A DNA stretch of 64,000 nt from a virus. Below are positions 43,755 through 53,650 of the stretch, piece after piece. Position 1 is the first letter of the stretch. The number at the start of each line of letters is the position of its first letter. The stretch lies in the IMG/VR virus record IMGVR_UViG_3300045988_151219, positions 32,001 through 96,000 of that record; one strand, 5' to 3'. A program made the position numbers and the translations under genes. Under the pieces are notes generated by a model that worked only from the letters and a program-made list of their open reading frames with translations, did no database searches and had not been told where the DNA came from.

Positions 43755-45917
43755 CTACCTCAAAGATTTTGTTAATATCTGAAACACACATAATAACCCT
43801 GTCTGCAACTCTAAGTCAGATTTAAAAGAATCTTCTAAAATCCACGGAGCTAACAAGAACTTTATTATCTTAAGAGTATTAGCTCCAAATAAGCTGTTAA
43901 TCTTCTTAGACTGCTCCGCATAAGGCGGATAATTAACCATGGCTTTTGTCATGTCGGCTAAAACTTCCTGGAAGTCCTGCTGCACAGTTACTAAGGGAAA
44001 TTTTAATATACTGTCTATTGCTTTAAAACAGGTCTCTTTATCTTTCTTTGCAATCGATTCAAGAAATAGATAAATATAAGGATGTGCTGTCCGTACAGAT
44101 TGTACAAAAGCATCATGACCTATTAAGAAGTATTTGTCTAAAAGCATGTGTGCATTTCTCATATGCCCTCTTGAACGTTTGCAAATCACATCTATTACAT
44201 TATCAGGTACTTCTTTGTTTAGCTCTTTAGAAATATTCTTTAAATTCTTGAACATTTCTTCTTTTGATATACCATCAAATTTAAGCTCTATAGAACGTGA
44301 CCTTATTGTCTTGAGTAATTTCTCCGGATTAGTTGTAGCAAATATAAAGAAAACTTTTTTAGGAGCTTCTTCTATAATCTTAAGTAAAGCTGCTTGCCCC
44401 ACACTCGAAATCAGTTGGGCCTCGTCCAGCACTACTACTTTATAGAATGAACCTGAGGAATAGGCAAACGTATCTCTTAGTTCTCTAATATGGTCTACAG
44501 AACCCATAGCCGCTGAATCAAGTTCCATATAATACGGCGTTGTATCTAAGTCTACTGTATTATCGTGATTTATTTCTCTGGCAAAAATTCTCGCACAAGT
44601 TGTATTGTGATTATATGTACCTTGGGCGTAAAATTCATGACACTTCTCTGTTGTTATGTCATAAACATCTTCTACTGTGTCAGTGTATGATAAAATCTTA
44701 GCATATGTATACCCTATTAATTCATCAAAACATGACGGCAAATACCCTAATTCATTCTTAAGATTAATAAGAGTCCTTTCTGTAACACATCTACCCGCTC
44801 GTAAATTATGTAAAACAGCACGTACTCTACTCGTTTTTCTTCCTTTTACATAATGTTCTAATTCTTCCGTCATTCTTCTTGTAACTGAAATAACATTTCT
44901 GGAATTAGCTGTATTTTTATCTTCTAAAATAAACTGTCTACTTGTCCATTTAAAGTCCTGTAAAGAATGATTTTTTATATATATTTTATAATAAACATTT
45001 CCTTTATATCGTCCGGTAGTTAGTGTCTTAGGTATTATCTTTGTAGCTACCCCTAAAGACATGAAAATCTCCTGGTACCCCTTTACCAGCTTTTCAGACT
45101 TGCTCATTAATTCAAACTGATTCTTTGAAATGCACCCATCAGTATCAAATAAGCCCTGAATGAATGCTTTCCTCGTCTCTACGTCTGTATTAAAAACCCA
45201 TTCCGGAACATACTTATTTCCTGCTCCGTGCATGATTTCTATACTCATCTTGTCTTTTAAAGAAGACCTTATATTATAAACGTCTTCTTTTCTCTTATCT
45301 TTAGACAGCTTCCCGCTCCAGCCTACAATTCTTTTAAATTTCTTGCAAGCTTTGAGTGAACCACAATACCCTGCTGCTGTTCTGTCTCTGCTGCACCACC
45401 CATCAGAAAGCCACACGGCTTGTGCATAAGCTAAATCAGGACAGTGTTTAGCATTCTTAAACTCTATAGGTTTCTTAGGAAATAAAATATAATCTCCTAT
45501 TTTTAAATTGCCTAATGGAAATAATCCAATTTCCCCATCTTTAAAAGCTAAGACTTTGTGTCTTAGTGTTCCCCTTACATTATTATTTACATTTAAATTT
45601 ACTGTACGGACTAAAGCTTCTCTTTCAAAATATTTTGCTACTATCTTGTCTTTACCAAACCTGCCCTCTGTCTCTCCTTTACAGTCTGTAAATCCCTCGT
45701 CTATCCCTTTACAGTAATCTCCTATTTTTACATATCCATTCTCTGTTAAAATGCGTATATCTCCTGGAACGCATTTTCCACAACCATATTCTCCATAAAG
45801 TATAAGAGACCTCGGAGCTTCTTCCGGTTTAGCTACCAGTGATTTTAATATTTTTACATTTAAATCCTGCCCTACTACTTCATCAAAAGTTGTCGGTCTG
45901 AATTGCTGCGTAATCAA
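43755..45917 (-). CDS. dnaX: DnaX-like (gamma/tau) clamp-loader ATPase interrupted by an intein
   Basis: FRPTTFDEVVGQ. P-loop GEYGCGK|TTCARIF after splicing. Walker B VVVLDEAQLIS. FIFATTNPEKLLKTIRSRS (sensor 1/SRC). Confidence 0.85.
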   Translation of the reverse strand: MITQQFRPTTFDEVVGQDLNVKILKSLVAKPEEAPRSLILYGEYGCGKCVPGDIRILTENGYVKIGDYCKGIDEGFTDCKGETEGRFGKDKIVAKYFEREALVRTVNLNVNNNVRGTLRHKVLAFKDGEIGLFPLGNLKIGDYILFPKKPIEFKNAKHCPDLAYAQAVWLSDGWCSRDRTAAGYCGSLKACKKFKRIVGWSGKLSKDKRKEDVYNIRSSLKDKMSIEIMHGAGNKYVPEWVFNTDVETRKAFIQGLFDTDGCISKNQFELMSKSEKLVKGYQEIFMSLGVATKIIPKTLTTGRYKGNVYYKIYIKNHSLQDFKWTSRQFILEDKNTANSRNVISVTRRMTEELEHYVKGRKTSRVRAVLHNLRAGRCVTERTLINLKNELGYLPSCFDELIGYTYAKILSYTDTVEDVYDITTEKCHEFYAQGTYNHNTTCARIFAREINHDNTVDLDTTPYYMELDSAAMGSVDHIRELRDTFAYSSGSFYKVVVLDEAQLISSVGQAALLKIIEEAPKKVFFIFATTNPEKLLKTIRSRSIELKFDGISKEEMFKNLKNISKELNKEVPDNVIDVICKRSRGHMRNAHMLLDKYFLIGHDAFVQSVRTAHPYIYLFLESIAKKDKETCFKAIDSILKFPLVTVQQDFQEVLADMTKAMVNYPPYAEQSKKINSLFGANTLKIIKFLLAPWILEDSFKSDLELQTGLLCVFQILTKSLR
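44604..45773 (-). mobile_element. DnaX intein (390 aa) with LAGLIDADG homing endonuclease, inserted in the P-loop
   Basis: aa 49-438. Starts CVPGDIRILTENG, ends QGTYNHN, with +1 Thr. LAGLIDADG-like AQAVWLSDGWCS and FIQGLFDTDGCIS. Confidence 0.9.
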
Positions 45918-45930
45918 AATAAGCTCCCCC

Positions 45931-46632
45931 TTAAATATTGCATCCTAATATTGACAGTTGTGTTTTGTAATATTCTTCTAAATAGTCAGCTTCATATGAT
46001 TTTCCAAAATACCTATAATCTGTAAGTGTTCCTACGTCTTTTATTCCGTCAGGATGGTCAGCTATTGAAACATCAAAATATTTCTGTAGCTTATAATACT
46101 CTCTTTTGCTTCCTTTCTTTCCCTGTTCATCGTTATCTAACAGCAAGATTACTTTATTGGTAAGTGTCTTGAGTATCTCTCTTCCCATCGATGAAAGCCC
46201 TGTAGACTGCAAAGCAAATACATATGGATAAATCTTTCCTAAGGTATCCCTGTCTTTCAAGCCCTCTACTAATACTATAGGCGTTTGCGGTGTAAATTTC
46301 TTGTCTAAAGAAAAAATACCATATGGAAATTCTCGATAATTACCATAGGTAATAAATTTCTTGTTGATTAAACTTCGGAATATAATATAAAAGTCTTTAT
46401 CTTGAAAATGATTTACTATACCTACTACCAGTTTTTCGTCAATAATAAAAGTCTTTAAATAAGCGGGAAGTAATGAAGCTTTTCCCGCTAACTGTATTAA
46501 AGACTGCATTGTGAATAATCTATAGTTAGATAAGTCGTAATATAACCCCATATAAGAATACGGGTCTACTACGTCTTTCTTTTTTAGTCTAAAGCTAACT
46601 TTTAACAGTTCGCTTACTGGTAGTGTACTCAT
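45931..46632 (-). CDS. Toprim-domain protein (primase-related?)
   Basis: IVLVEGLKDRDTL (Toprim Glu) and VILLLDNDEQGKKG (DxD). Confidence 0.6.
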   Translation of the reverse strand: MSTLPVSELLKVSFRLKKKDVVDPYSYMGLYYDLSNYRLFTMQSLIQLAGKASLLPAYLKTFIIDEKLVVGIVNHFQDKDFYIIFRSLINKKFITYGNYREFPYGIFSLDKKFTPQTPIVLVEGLKDRDTLGKIYPYVFALQSTGLSSMGREILKTLTNKVILLLDNDEQGKKGSKREYYKLQKYFDVSIADHPDGIKDVGTLTDYRYFGKSYEADYLEEYYKTQLSILGCNI

Positions 46633-46633
46633 C

Positions 46634-46978
46634 CTAATCCTCTTTGTTGATTTTTTCTAATTCTTTATTTATCTGTGTGACTGTCTGCGTTAAATCACTT
46701 GACTTAGAATAATAAGAAGCTGTTATGTCTATAATAGATATTTTATTAGGCATTACTCCATATAAGCAGACAATAAATAAGAAAAGAAGTGTTGCTCTTT
46801 TTATCCTTTTCTTATTGCTTGTATTTAAATCAATCTCAAACGGATTAGTAATAAAAACAAGAAAACATCCACCAAATAAAATACTTAATATAATTACTAT
46901 AACTCTTAATGTCTCATGAACATTGCAGTATAAATTCAAAGCATATATAACCCATGGAGATATAAACAGTTCGTCCAT
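46634..46978 (-). CDS. Multi-TM membrane protein (114 aa)
   Basis: Hydrophobic segments VIYALNLY, VIVIILSILFGGCFLVFI and LLFLFIVCLYGV. Confidence 0.6.
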   Translation of the reverse strand: MDELFISPWVIYALNLYCNVHETLRVIVIILSILFGGCFLVFITNPFEIDLNTSNKKRIKRATLLFLFIVCLYGVMPNKISIIDITASYYSKSSDLTQTVTQINKELEKINKED

Positions 46979-47007
46979 AATATTAAATCCTCTCTAAAAG
47001 TATCTCT

Positions 47008-47024
47008 TATATTATACTGTTTTC
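47008..47024 (-). promoter_or_regulatory. GAAAACAGTATAATATA 17-mer (TATAAT-containing), copy 1
   Basis: Exact 17-nt match to 56827-56843. The TATAAT lies ~32 nt upstream of ATG 46978. It overlaps the last codons of the radical-SAM gene. Confidence 0.3.
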
Positions 47025-50000
47025 TTCGACAAATTGTACAGTAATAATCGTCCTGTACATGTAGGACACATCTTATTATAATCGTGCTTAAACAAAGAAA
47101 AAGTTAAAGAGTTTCCACACTTGCAGTTTGCATCTACTTTCATTGTCTGGTCTACCATCTGAAAAATACAGTCCTGTAAGCATTGACGGTATGACCTCTT
47201 CGTGATTGTGGACATTACTAAATATGGTGAAATATAAGCCGGCAGTGACATATAAACTAAAGCTCCCGCTTTGTACGGTATAGCTAATATCTTGTCTCTT
47301 AATTCCGGCATATACTTTGTTGTAAATGTCATCAGTGTATTAAGACTCTTTCCAGCTACTTTTATATTCCAGTCTGTATTTGCCATTTTGTTTTTAAAGA
47401 AGTCTACAGAATAATCGTTTATCACTCCTAAGTATGTTATCTCGTTTTCTCTTGACTGCTTTAAAGCATCCGCATCATCATAAACAGCTGTAACTTGACA
47501 CGACTCTAATTTACTGTTTACTTCTTCTAAATGTTGTAATAAATCCTGTGCTGATACTTTTTCTTTGAAAGATACATCAAAAAGCCAGCTGCCTGTATAC
47601 CAACCTCTCTGGTCGTTAGCAGATAATAATTGACAAGAGTTTCCTTCTACAGCAAAATACTTATACGCCAATCCAGGAACAGTTTTAAAAAATTGAGATG
47701 TAACGTAATACTGTAAAGCATCTCTATTATAAAAGAACCATTTAGGATTCTGCTTTACAATAAATCTAAGTATTGTAGCTTTTCTTCCTTCAGAAAAAGA
47801 ATTAATGACATCATCGTAATTGCTTTCATCATATATCTTTCTGGTAGTCATATATTTTATATGCTTGGCGTCACACGTCTGGCATCCTAAACATGTAGCA
47901 TCCTCATTGGCTAAAGTCTTTAGACACAGATTAGCCGAAAAGTCCATTTTCTGTGTCCTTTCCCACCACATCTTTTTTACTCTGTCAGTGACCGCCTGCA
48001 TATAATCATTGGGAAATATCCAGTCTTTAGGACGTGCATTACAAAAAAAGAACATATCTTCTATTCCATGTTCTTTTAAGACTTTTACTACTATTTCCTG
48101 GCAGTTTCTTCGAAACCTACTGTAATAAACTGCTCCTTGTTCAGACATCTTTACTAAACAATCAGTTCCTGCCGGACCAAAATCTATTAGCAACTGCTCT
48201 ATCCAGGTTCCCCCAAAGATTGAATGTATCCTTACTCTTACTTTTCTTTTCTTCATCTCTTCTATCAGATAAAGAAATTGATTGCCAGGATAAAATGACA
48301 TTCTTGCAGTCTTTCTATCAAGATATCTAAGTGCTATATTTGTATAATAAAGCAACGGAGTTATATTCATCTGTAGGGATGTTTTAGCTCCGATTTTATC
48401 CCTGATAGCGAACATCTCGTCTACTTCTGAAATGCATTCATCTATGTCTTCTTTAGTTTCATATCCGGTTTGGATATACCCCATTTTTAAGTGCATGATT
48501 TTTAAGCGGTAGATATTTCTTGCCGCCTGCATTATAGTTTCTCTTGATAGATTTTTATTTAAGAATTGATTTCTTAGTCTGTTGGAAAATCCCTCAATAG
48601 GTGCAGATACTCTGGATAATCCTAATTTCTTTGCAATTAACAGCTGCTCCGGTGCATGTGCTATCACGTCTAACCGTTCATTTATCAAAGAAATTTTAGA
48701 AAAGTATTCCGCCCCTTTCTTTATCATGTCCATAAACCTATAGTAGTAGTTTAGATTATAACTATAAAAAGTTACTTTATTAGCAGCAGAAGTCTTTCTT
48801 GCATACTCTAAATTCTTCTCTACATTATCTAAAGTACGTTCATGATAGTTTCCGGCTATAGTTGCTTCGTGACAATTGTGAGTATAAAGCATGTTGTAGC
48901 ATGTCCGATGGTTAGGCAAGGTCTCTGTAGTATATGTTACTTCTTCTCTTCCTAATTTCTTCACAGACATAACATATACAGGAAAATAATCCCCGCTCGC
49001 TAAAGCTTTAAAGATTCTCGGTAAAGAACTATAAGAATATTTCTTTAATGTCTCTATAGAAATATTATTTCCTTGATATGATACAAAAGCTTTGTTATCT
49101 TTATATAAACATAAGTGAATATATTCTCCTGTGATTTCTACAAATTTTCCTACCATACGATATAACAGTTGAATATCTGATTTAAACTTATATTCTGTTA
49201 TCTTAGTTAAATCGTTTTCTACATACTCTAAATATTTCTCTATGCTCTCTTTAGCATAATAGAATACATGGTCAGAAACTCTTTTGTTTTTAAAGTCTTC
49301 TTCGTATCTCTCTTTTAGCTCTTTTTCAGACGGAATATACTTGCCATAAGATTCTAAACCCATCTTGATATAAAAGACATCTCTTATATTGATGTCTTTT
49401 GCTAAGACTTCTTCTTCTCTTCCTTCAGATAAAATCATCCTCATCATGCGATGGTTTTCTGAACAGGTGAATTTAGAACCATCTGATAAAGTAATTTCCA
49501 TTAAAGGCTGCTTTGAAGCCTGTTTTACTGTTGTATATTGCTTTTCGTCTTCTCTTAAAAATCTTGTAGTAGGCACAGCCCCCACGTCTAAAAGAGACTC
49601 TATATTCTCAAGCCCTCTTCCTGTCGGTATCTTAGTTCCTGCCGGTACTGAAAAAGAACATAATGTAGAAGCCCCTGAACAGCCTGAGGATACCTGCACA
49701 TCTATAGATGAACAGTTTGACCCCGCTAAGTGAAAAGTCTTTAAAGGAAAGCCTTCCCATTCATCAAGCTCAAGTTTATTTACTTGCACTCTTTCCGGAA
49801 GTCTTTCGTCTAAAGGCTTAATTGATTTTATTGTATAGTTGTCTTCCGCATAATCCCATTTATATTTATTGGGATAAAAAATATAGTGGTTTAAAATATT
49901 CCTCGATATTAAATACTCCATGAACCCATTAGTATCATGCAGATTTTTACCCTCTTTTACTTTATAGTTGTATGCACTTTCAATCAGTGTAGGTAAAATA

Positions 50001-50596
50001 ACTTCTCCATACCCATGAATAGTCATGTCTACTAAAGATGAGCCTAAGTCTTTCCCCTCTTCATCGTAAACATGTCCATAAAGTATCGGGGCTTCCGTTG
50101 CAGAAGCTCCCCCCATTATAAAAGGCGGAATCCTTAAATCTTTTGCTCTTCCCTCTACCGTGTAAGGTATGCCTGATTTCTTGAGTATTATCGGAATATG
50201 AAACATTTCCGGAATTAAAGCCATTGATACTAATACTAAGTCATAGTCTTTTACCGGATGGTGGGAACAGTTACCAAAAAGATAAGGAATGTGGTTTTCT
50301 TCATAAACCTTTTCATTCCCCTCTTCGATAAAGTAACAGTTGTCTACAAAGATATCTTCGCCATGCTTTTCATGACATAGCCAATTCAAGCAGCTAAAGG
50401 AGTTAGATACTGTCTTGTGTGACCCTGGCAGTAATAACACTACAAGTATTTTTAGTTTTGATTTATCCCATTTCTGTATAGAATCTTGGTTATTGTCTAC
50501 CGCATACAGATATTCAGGATAATTCATCTTCTTCATATTATTATCAAGAAATCTCTCTATCTCTTCATGAGTGACTTCTATTAAATCATTCATCAC
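47012..50596 (-). CDS. Large B12-binding-domain/radical-SAM-like protein interrupted by an intein
   Basis: N-terminal Rossmann-like KILVVLLLPG...DLVLVSMA...PPFIMGGASATEAP. After splicing the Cys motif is SSGCSGASTLCSF|CHEATIAGNYHERTLDNV (CX6CX2C). ~600-aa unassigned C-terminal region ends in a CxC...CxxC zinc-ribbon-like motif. The true start is probably ATG 50593. Confidence 0.6.
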   Translation of the reverse strand: MMNDLIEVTHEEIERFLDNNMKKMNYPEYLYAVDNNQDSIQKWDKSKLKILVVLLLPGSHKTVSNSFSCLNWLCHEKHGEDIFVDNCYFIEEGNEKVYEENHIPYLFGNCSHHPVKDYDLVLVSMALIPEMFHIPIILKKSGIPYTVEGRAKDLRIPPFIMGGASATEAPILYGHVYDEEGKDLGSSLVDMTIHGYGEVILPTLIESAYNYKVKEGKNLHDTNGFMEYLISRNILNHYIFYPNKYKWDYAEDNYTIKSIKPLDERLPERVQVNKLELDEWEGFPLKTFHLAGSNCSSIDVQVSSGCSGASTLCSFSVPAGTKIPTGRGLENIESLLDVGAVPTTRFLREDEKQYTTVKQASKQPLMEITLSDGSKFTCSENHRMMRMILSEGREEEVLAKDINIRDVFYIKMGLESYGKYIPSEKELKERYEEDFKNKRVSDHVFYYAKESIEKYLEYVENDLTKITEYKFKSDIQLLYRMVGKFVEITGEYIHLCLYKDNKAFVSYQGNNISIETLKKYSYSSLPRIFKALASGDYFPVYVMSVKKLGREEVTYTTETLPNHRTCYNMLYTHNCHEATIAGNYHERTLDNVEKNLEYARKTSAANKVTFYSYNLNYYYRFMDMIKKGAEYFSKISLINERLDVIAHAPEQLLIAKKLGLSRVSAPIEGFSNRLRNQFLNKNLSRETIMQAARNIYRLKIMHLKMGYIQTGYETKEDIDECISEVDEMFAIRDKIGAKTSLQMNITPLLYYTNIALRYLDRKTARMSFYPGNQFLYLIEEMKKRKVRVRIHSIFGGTWIEQLLIDFGPAGTDCLVKMSEQGAVYYSRFRRNCQEIVVKVLKEHGIEDMFFFCNARPKDWIFPNDYMQAVTDRVKKMWWERTQKMDFSANLCLKTLANEDATCLGCQTCDAKHIKYMTTRKIYDESNYDDVINSFSEGRKATILRFIVKQNPKWFFYNRDALQYYVTSQFFKTVPGLAYKYFAVEGNSCQLLSANDQRGWYTGSWLFDVSFKEKVSAQDLLQHLEEVNSKLESCQVTAVYDDADALKQSRENEITYLGVINDYSVDFFKNKMANTDWNIKVAGKSLNTLMTFTTKYMPELRDKILAIPYKAGALVYMSLPAYISPYLVMSTITKRSYRQCLQDCIFQMVDQTMKVDANCKCGNSLTFSLFKHDYNKMCPTCTGRLLLYNLSKKTV
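48875..49651 (-). mobile_element. Intein (259 aa, Ser1) inside the radical-SAM Cys motif
   Basis: aa 316-574. The start SVPAGTKIPTGRG aligns position-for-position with CLHEDTKIPTSLG of TerL intein 1. Ends NMLYTHN, with +1 Cys. Confidence 0.7.
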
Positions 50597-50605
50597 TTTC
50601 TCCTA

Positions 50606-51118
50606 CTATATGTCAAGGATTAAATCGTCAAGCTGCTGTTCCAATGAATATTCTTTAGACGGACTGTCAAAAGGGTCAGCTAAAGAACTAAAGATATCCT
50701 CCTGTGTCTCTTCTATCTTATATTCTTTCTGGTCATCTTTTGTATCGTCTAAAAGCTCCTGCGGAAACTTGTCAAACATCTTCTTTAATTCTTCTTCCGG
50801 ATATTTAACTGCTTCCTCTATAGTTGCTTTCGCTCTTTTCGATTTCTTCTCTTCTTTGTTTATCTTTGTCTTCTTAAACTCAATACCAATTTGTTTGAGG
50901 AAAGGAACAAGTTCACCCTCGTATGCTTGCTTCTTCGCCCCCATTGAAGTTTCTTTGTCTTTCAGCCCTAAGTAAACTTCATAGCATCTTTTGACCCTTT
51001 CCTCAAACGCTCTCAACTGCTCTTTAGGTATTGCGTCATATAAAGCTTTATTTACTTTTATTCCCTTTGAAAAAGATACCGCTCCCGATATCTTCTCTGT
51101 TGTCTCTATCATATTCAA
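50606..51118 (-). CDS. Hypothetical K/E-rich protein (170 aa)
   Basis: ORF-track entry. No motif recognised. Confidence 0.6.
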   Translation of the reverse strand: MNMIETTEKISGAVSFSKGIKVNKALYDAIPKEQLRAFEERVKRCYEVYLGLKDKETSMGAKKQAYEGELVPFLKQIGIEFKKTKINKEEKKSKRAKATIEEAVKYPEEELKKMFDKFPQELLDDTKDDQKEYKIEETQEDIFSSLADPFDSPSKEYSLEQQLDDLILDI

Positions 51119-51139
51119 TTCCTCCTTCTCTATATTATA

Positions 51140-51484
51140 CTACTTCTGGAAATAGTAGGTCTTGAATATTTCAAATAACGTTCCTCTCTGGACTTGCATA
51201 TTCTCGATTTCAGAACATTTTATAGAGACTTCTCTTCCGTCATTATGCTCTGCCATTAAAAAGGCTGTATTCATAGATAAAGGATTGTGTGTTATTATCT
51301 TGAACCTCGTCTCTTTGACCCACACATATAAAGTATTCCCTTTGCTGAATTTTACTTTAAGACGAACATTTCCCTCTCTTAACTTTCCTAAATAGAAAAC
51401 AGCCGCTCTGATAAGCATTAGTCCTGCTATATTTATTATAGATAATATTCCTATCAGAATATAAAGCAATTCAGCTATAGACAT
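51140..51484 (-). CDS. Hypothetical membrane-anchored protein (114 aa)
   Basis: N-terminal TM segment LLYILIGILSIINIAGLMLI. Confidence 0.55.
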   Translation of the reverse strand: MSIAELLYILIGILSIINIAGLMLIRAAVFYLGKLREGNVRLKVKFSKGNTLYVWVKETRFKIITHNPLSMNTAFLMAEHNDGREVSIKCSEIENMQVQRGTLFEIFKTYYFQK

Positions 51485-51486
51485 TA

Positions 51487-52683
51487 TTAAACACTTTCTT
51501 TATATAATATGGCGTCATATTCGTTAGACGATAAACCCATTCCTTTTTCTGTCAGATAAAAAGCAATGGACGACTGTGTGCTAAAAGCTTTGAGGAAAAT
51601 ATAAAGCAGTTTAGACGATATAGTAAAGTTGGAACTCATCGGAGTAGTATCTCCTTCTTTCGACCCTACCAGTGTGAATTTTGAATCGCCTTTCTTTGAT
51701 TTCAAAATAAATTCAACACCTGAATCATTATAGTTAAATTCTACTTTACCTGTACTTGTCGGCAAGATAGATGAAATATCCACCAGCTTATAAAGCTGTG
51801 CATAATCAATATAGCATTTTCCTTTTGCCGCATGGATTATATTATCTATTCCGTCTCTGATAGCCTGCGGTACTGTTGAGTCTGATACTAAGAAAGCATA
51901 CTCAAAATTGGAACCTTTAATGACTTTCCTCTTTGTCACTACTGTCTCGTCTGTCTCCAATATCTCAAGCTCTTCTTCTACCTCTGATAAGACATTCCTA
52001 AGCACGTTTAAATCTTTCACTTTTAAATCCATATTGCTGAAAGATTTTCTGCATGAAATGTTACCCCACATATAAGAAGCATACGCTATGTCTTTGTCAC
52101 ACAGAATACGTCTTTCTGCCGGTGATACTGCATTATTAACTACTGGCGTAAAGTCTTTTACTACAGACAGCAAGTCTATTGAGTTAAGAGACTGCTCTTT
52201 GTGAACACTGTCTTTAAACATAAATTTACTGTTGTCTACTGTATATGTTTCTAAAACGATATCTCCACCAAACAGCTTTAATTTATAATTGTCTCCGTCT
52301 TTGAAAATAACCGTCTTATTCCCTATAGCTCTTGAAAGCTTGTCTAAATAGTCTGTCGGTATGACGATATCTTCCGTCAGCACATTCTCTACATTTATTC
52401 TATCTACTTCATACTTGAAATAAACGTCAAAGTCTGTAATATAGAATTGTACTTTGTCTCCTTCAGGATGTATCAAAATAGCTTTTGAAATGACGTCTCT
52501 TCCTGATACTACAGATAATGTCTTCGCTATTTTTATTAAAAACTTGAACTGCACCCCTGAAAACTTAATGTGAGGTGCTGTAATCTCTTCTTCTACCGTT
52601 CCAAAGTTGGACAAGTCTACGTCTTCCGTATTGTCCATTATAATATTGTCTAATTCGATTTCATTGAACACTGTCTCTTCCAT
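51487..52683 (-). CDS. DNA polymerase sliding clamp (DnaN-like) candidate
   Basis: 398 aa. The N-terminal pattern FKFLIKIAKTLSVVSGRDVISKAILIHPEGDKVQFYITDFDVYFKYEV resembles the DnaN domain I start. Lies between the SbcCD genes and the replication genes. Confidence 0.5.
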   Translation of the reverse strand: MEETVFNEIELDNIIMDNTEDVDLSNFGTVEEEITAPHIKFSGVQFKFLIKIAKTLSVVSGRDVISKAILIHPEGDKVQFYITDFDVYFKYEVDRINVENVLTEDIVIPTDYLDKLSRAIGNKTVIFKDGDNYKLKLFGGDIVLETYTVDNSKFMFKDSVHKEQSLNSIDLLSVVKDFTPVVNNAVSPAERRILCDKDIAYASYMWGNISCRKSFSNMDLKVKDLNVLRNVLSEVEEELEILETDETVVTKRKVIKGSNFEYAFLVSDSTVPQAIRDGIDNIIHAAKGKCYIDYAQLYKLVDISSILPTSTGKVEFNYNDSGVEFILKSKKGDSKFTLVGSKEGDTTPMSSNFTISSKLLYIFLKAFSTQSSIAFYLTEKGMGLSSNEYDAILYKESV

Positions 52684-53650
52684 GCTGGATTCTCCTTACT
52701 ATTCCTCTTTGCTCTAAATAATAAATAATTAAATCTTTCGCTTCTTTGCCGGCAGTTATATTGTCTAAAATAGAATATACTGATGAATTACTTCTCTTCT
52801 TCGACATCATCTCTATCAAGGTGTCAAAGTTATTCGTAAGCTTGCTTGTGAGTTTAGTGATATTCTCACTCTCCATATCTTCACTGCTAAATACCAGCTT
52901 GGGGTCTGTTATCTTCTCCTGATACCTTTGATATTGTATTCCGTCTCCTAATGTCAGCACATCAATATTAAAATAATCCCTCTTGATATTATAATCTTTA
53001 GATGAACCTCTCGACATAGACCCAGGACGAATTATACTCTGGTCTCCTACATATTCTATCGGATAAGGAACGTGGTCATGCCCTAATACATAGTAATCAT
53101 ACCCATATTTTGTGACGTCTTCTTTGTATATCGTCTCAAATCTTTCTCCATACGGAAAATTGTAGTATGAGTGTGAGATGAGAATATTATACTCTCCTCG
53201 GTTTGGAAGCTCATTCACAGCTTTAATAGGTGTATTATAGTCATTCCCTACTAAGACATACTTATCACCATTTATTGTATATTCCAGTGTTACTAAATGC
53301 TCTATCACTTTTGCGTTATAAAGCAACCCTAATGCTGAACGGTGCAGATTAGCTACATTCATATATTGTATATCATGGTTGCCTGTCACTGTTAAAGCTC
53401 TAATGCCCGCTTGCTTATATTCATTGAAGACTTCTATTACTTTATTTAAATAGTCGAACGGCTGGTGAGGTTGGTGGAAGATGTCTCCTAAAAAGATTAC
53501 CGCGTCGATACCGCTCTTGCTCGCAAAGACTTTAATCTGTTTTAATTTCTCTAGCAATGCGTTGGGATAATCGTCTATTCTGCTACGGGGTGCTTGGTAA
53601 TTTAAATGCAAATCTCCGATGAATATTATATTCTTTTCAGTTAAGCTCAT
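52661..53650 (-). CDS. sbcD: SbcD/Mre11-family nuclease (T4 gp47-like)
   Basis: Phosphoesterase motifs IIFIGDLHL, VIFLGDIFH, VTGNHD, ISHSY and VLGHDH. Start placed at ATG 53650. Confidence 0.85.
   Translation of the reverse strand: MSLTEKNIIFIGDLHLNYQAPRSRIDDYPNALLEKLKQIKVFASKSGIDAVIFLGDIFHQPHQPFDYLNKVIEVFNEYKQAGIRALTVTGNHDIQYMNVANLHRSALGLLYNAKVIEHLVTLEYTINGDKYVLVGNDYNTPIKAVNELPNRGEYNILISHSYYNFPYGERFETIYKEDVTKYGYDYYVLGHDHVPYPIEYVGDQSIIRPGSMSRGSSKDYNIKRDYFNIDVLTLGDGIQYQRYQEKITDPKLVFSSEDMESENITKLTSKLTNNFDTLIEMMSKKRSNSSVYSILDNITAGKEAKDLIIYYLEQRGIVRRIQHGRDSVQ

Noticed and set aside
47012-50596. Anaerobic ribonucleotide reductase (NrdD) as the identity of the 1194-aa intein-containing ORF
   Set aside because: There is no glycyl-radical motif (RVCGY-type) near the C-terminus. 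The N-terminus instead shows a B12-binding-like Rossmann domain followed by a Cys-rich radical-SAM-like motif.
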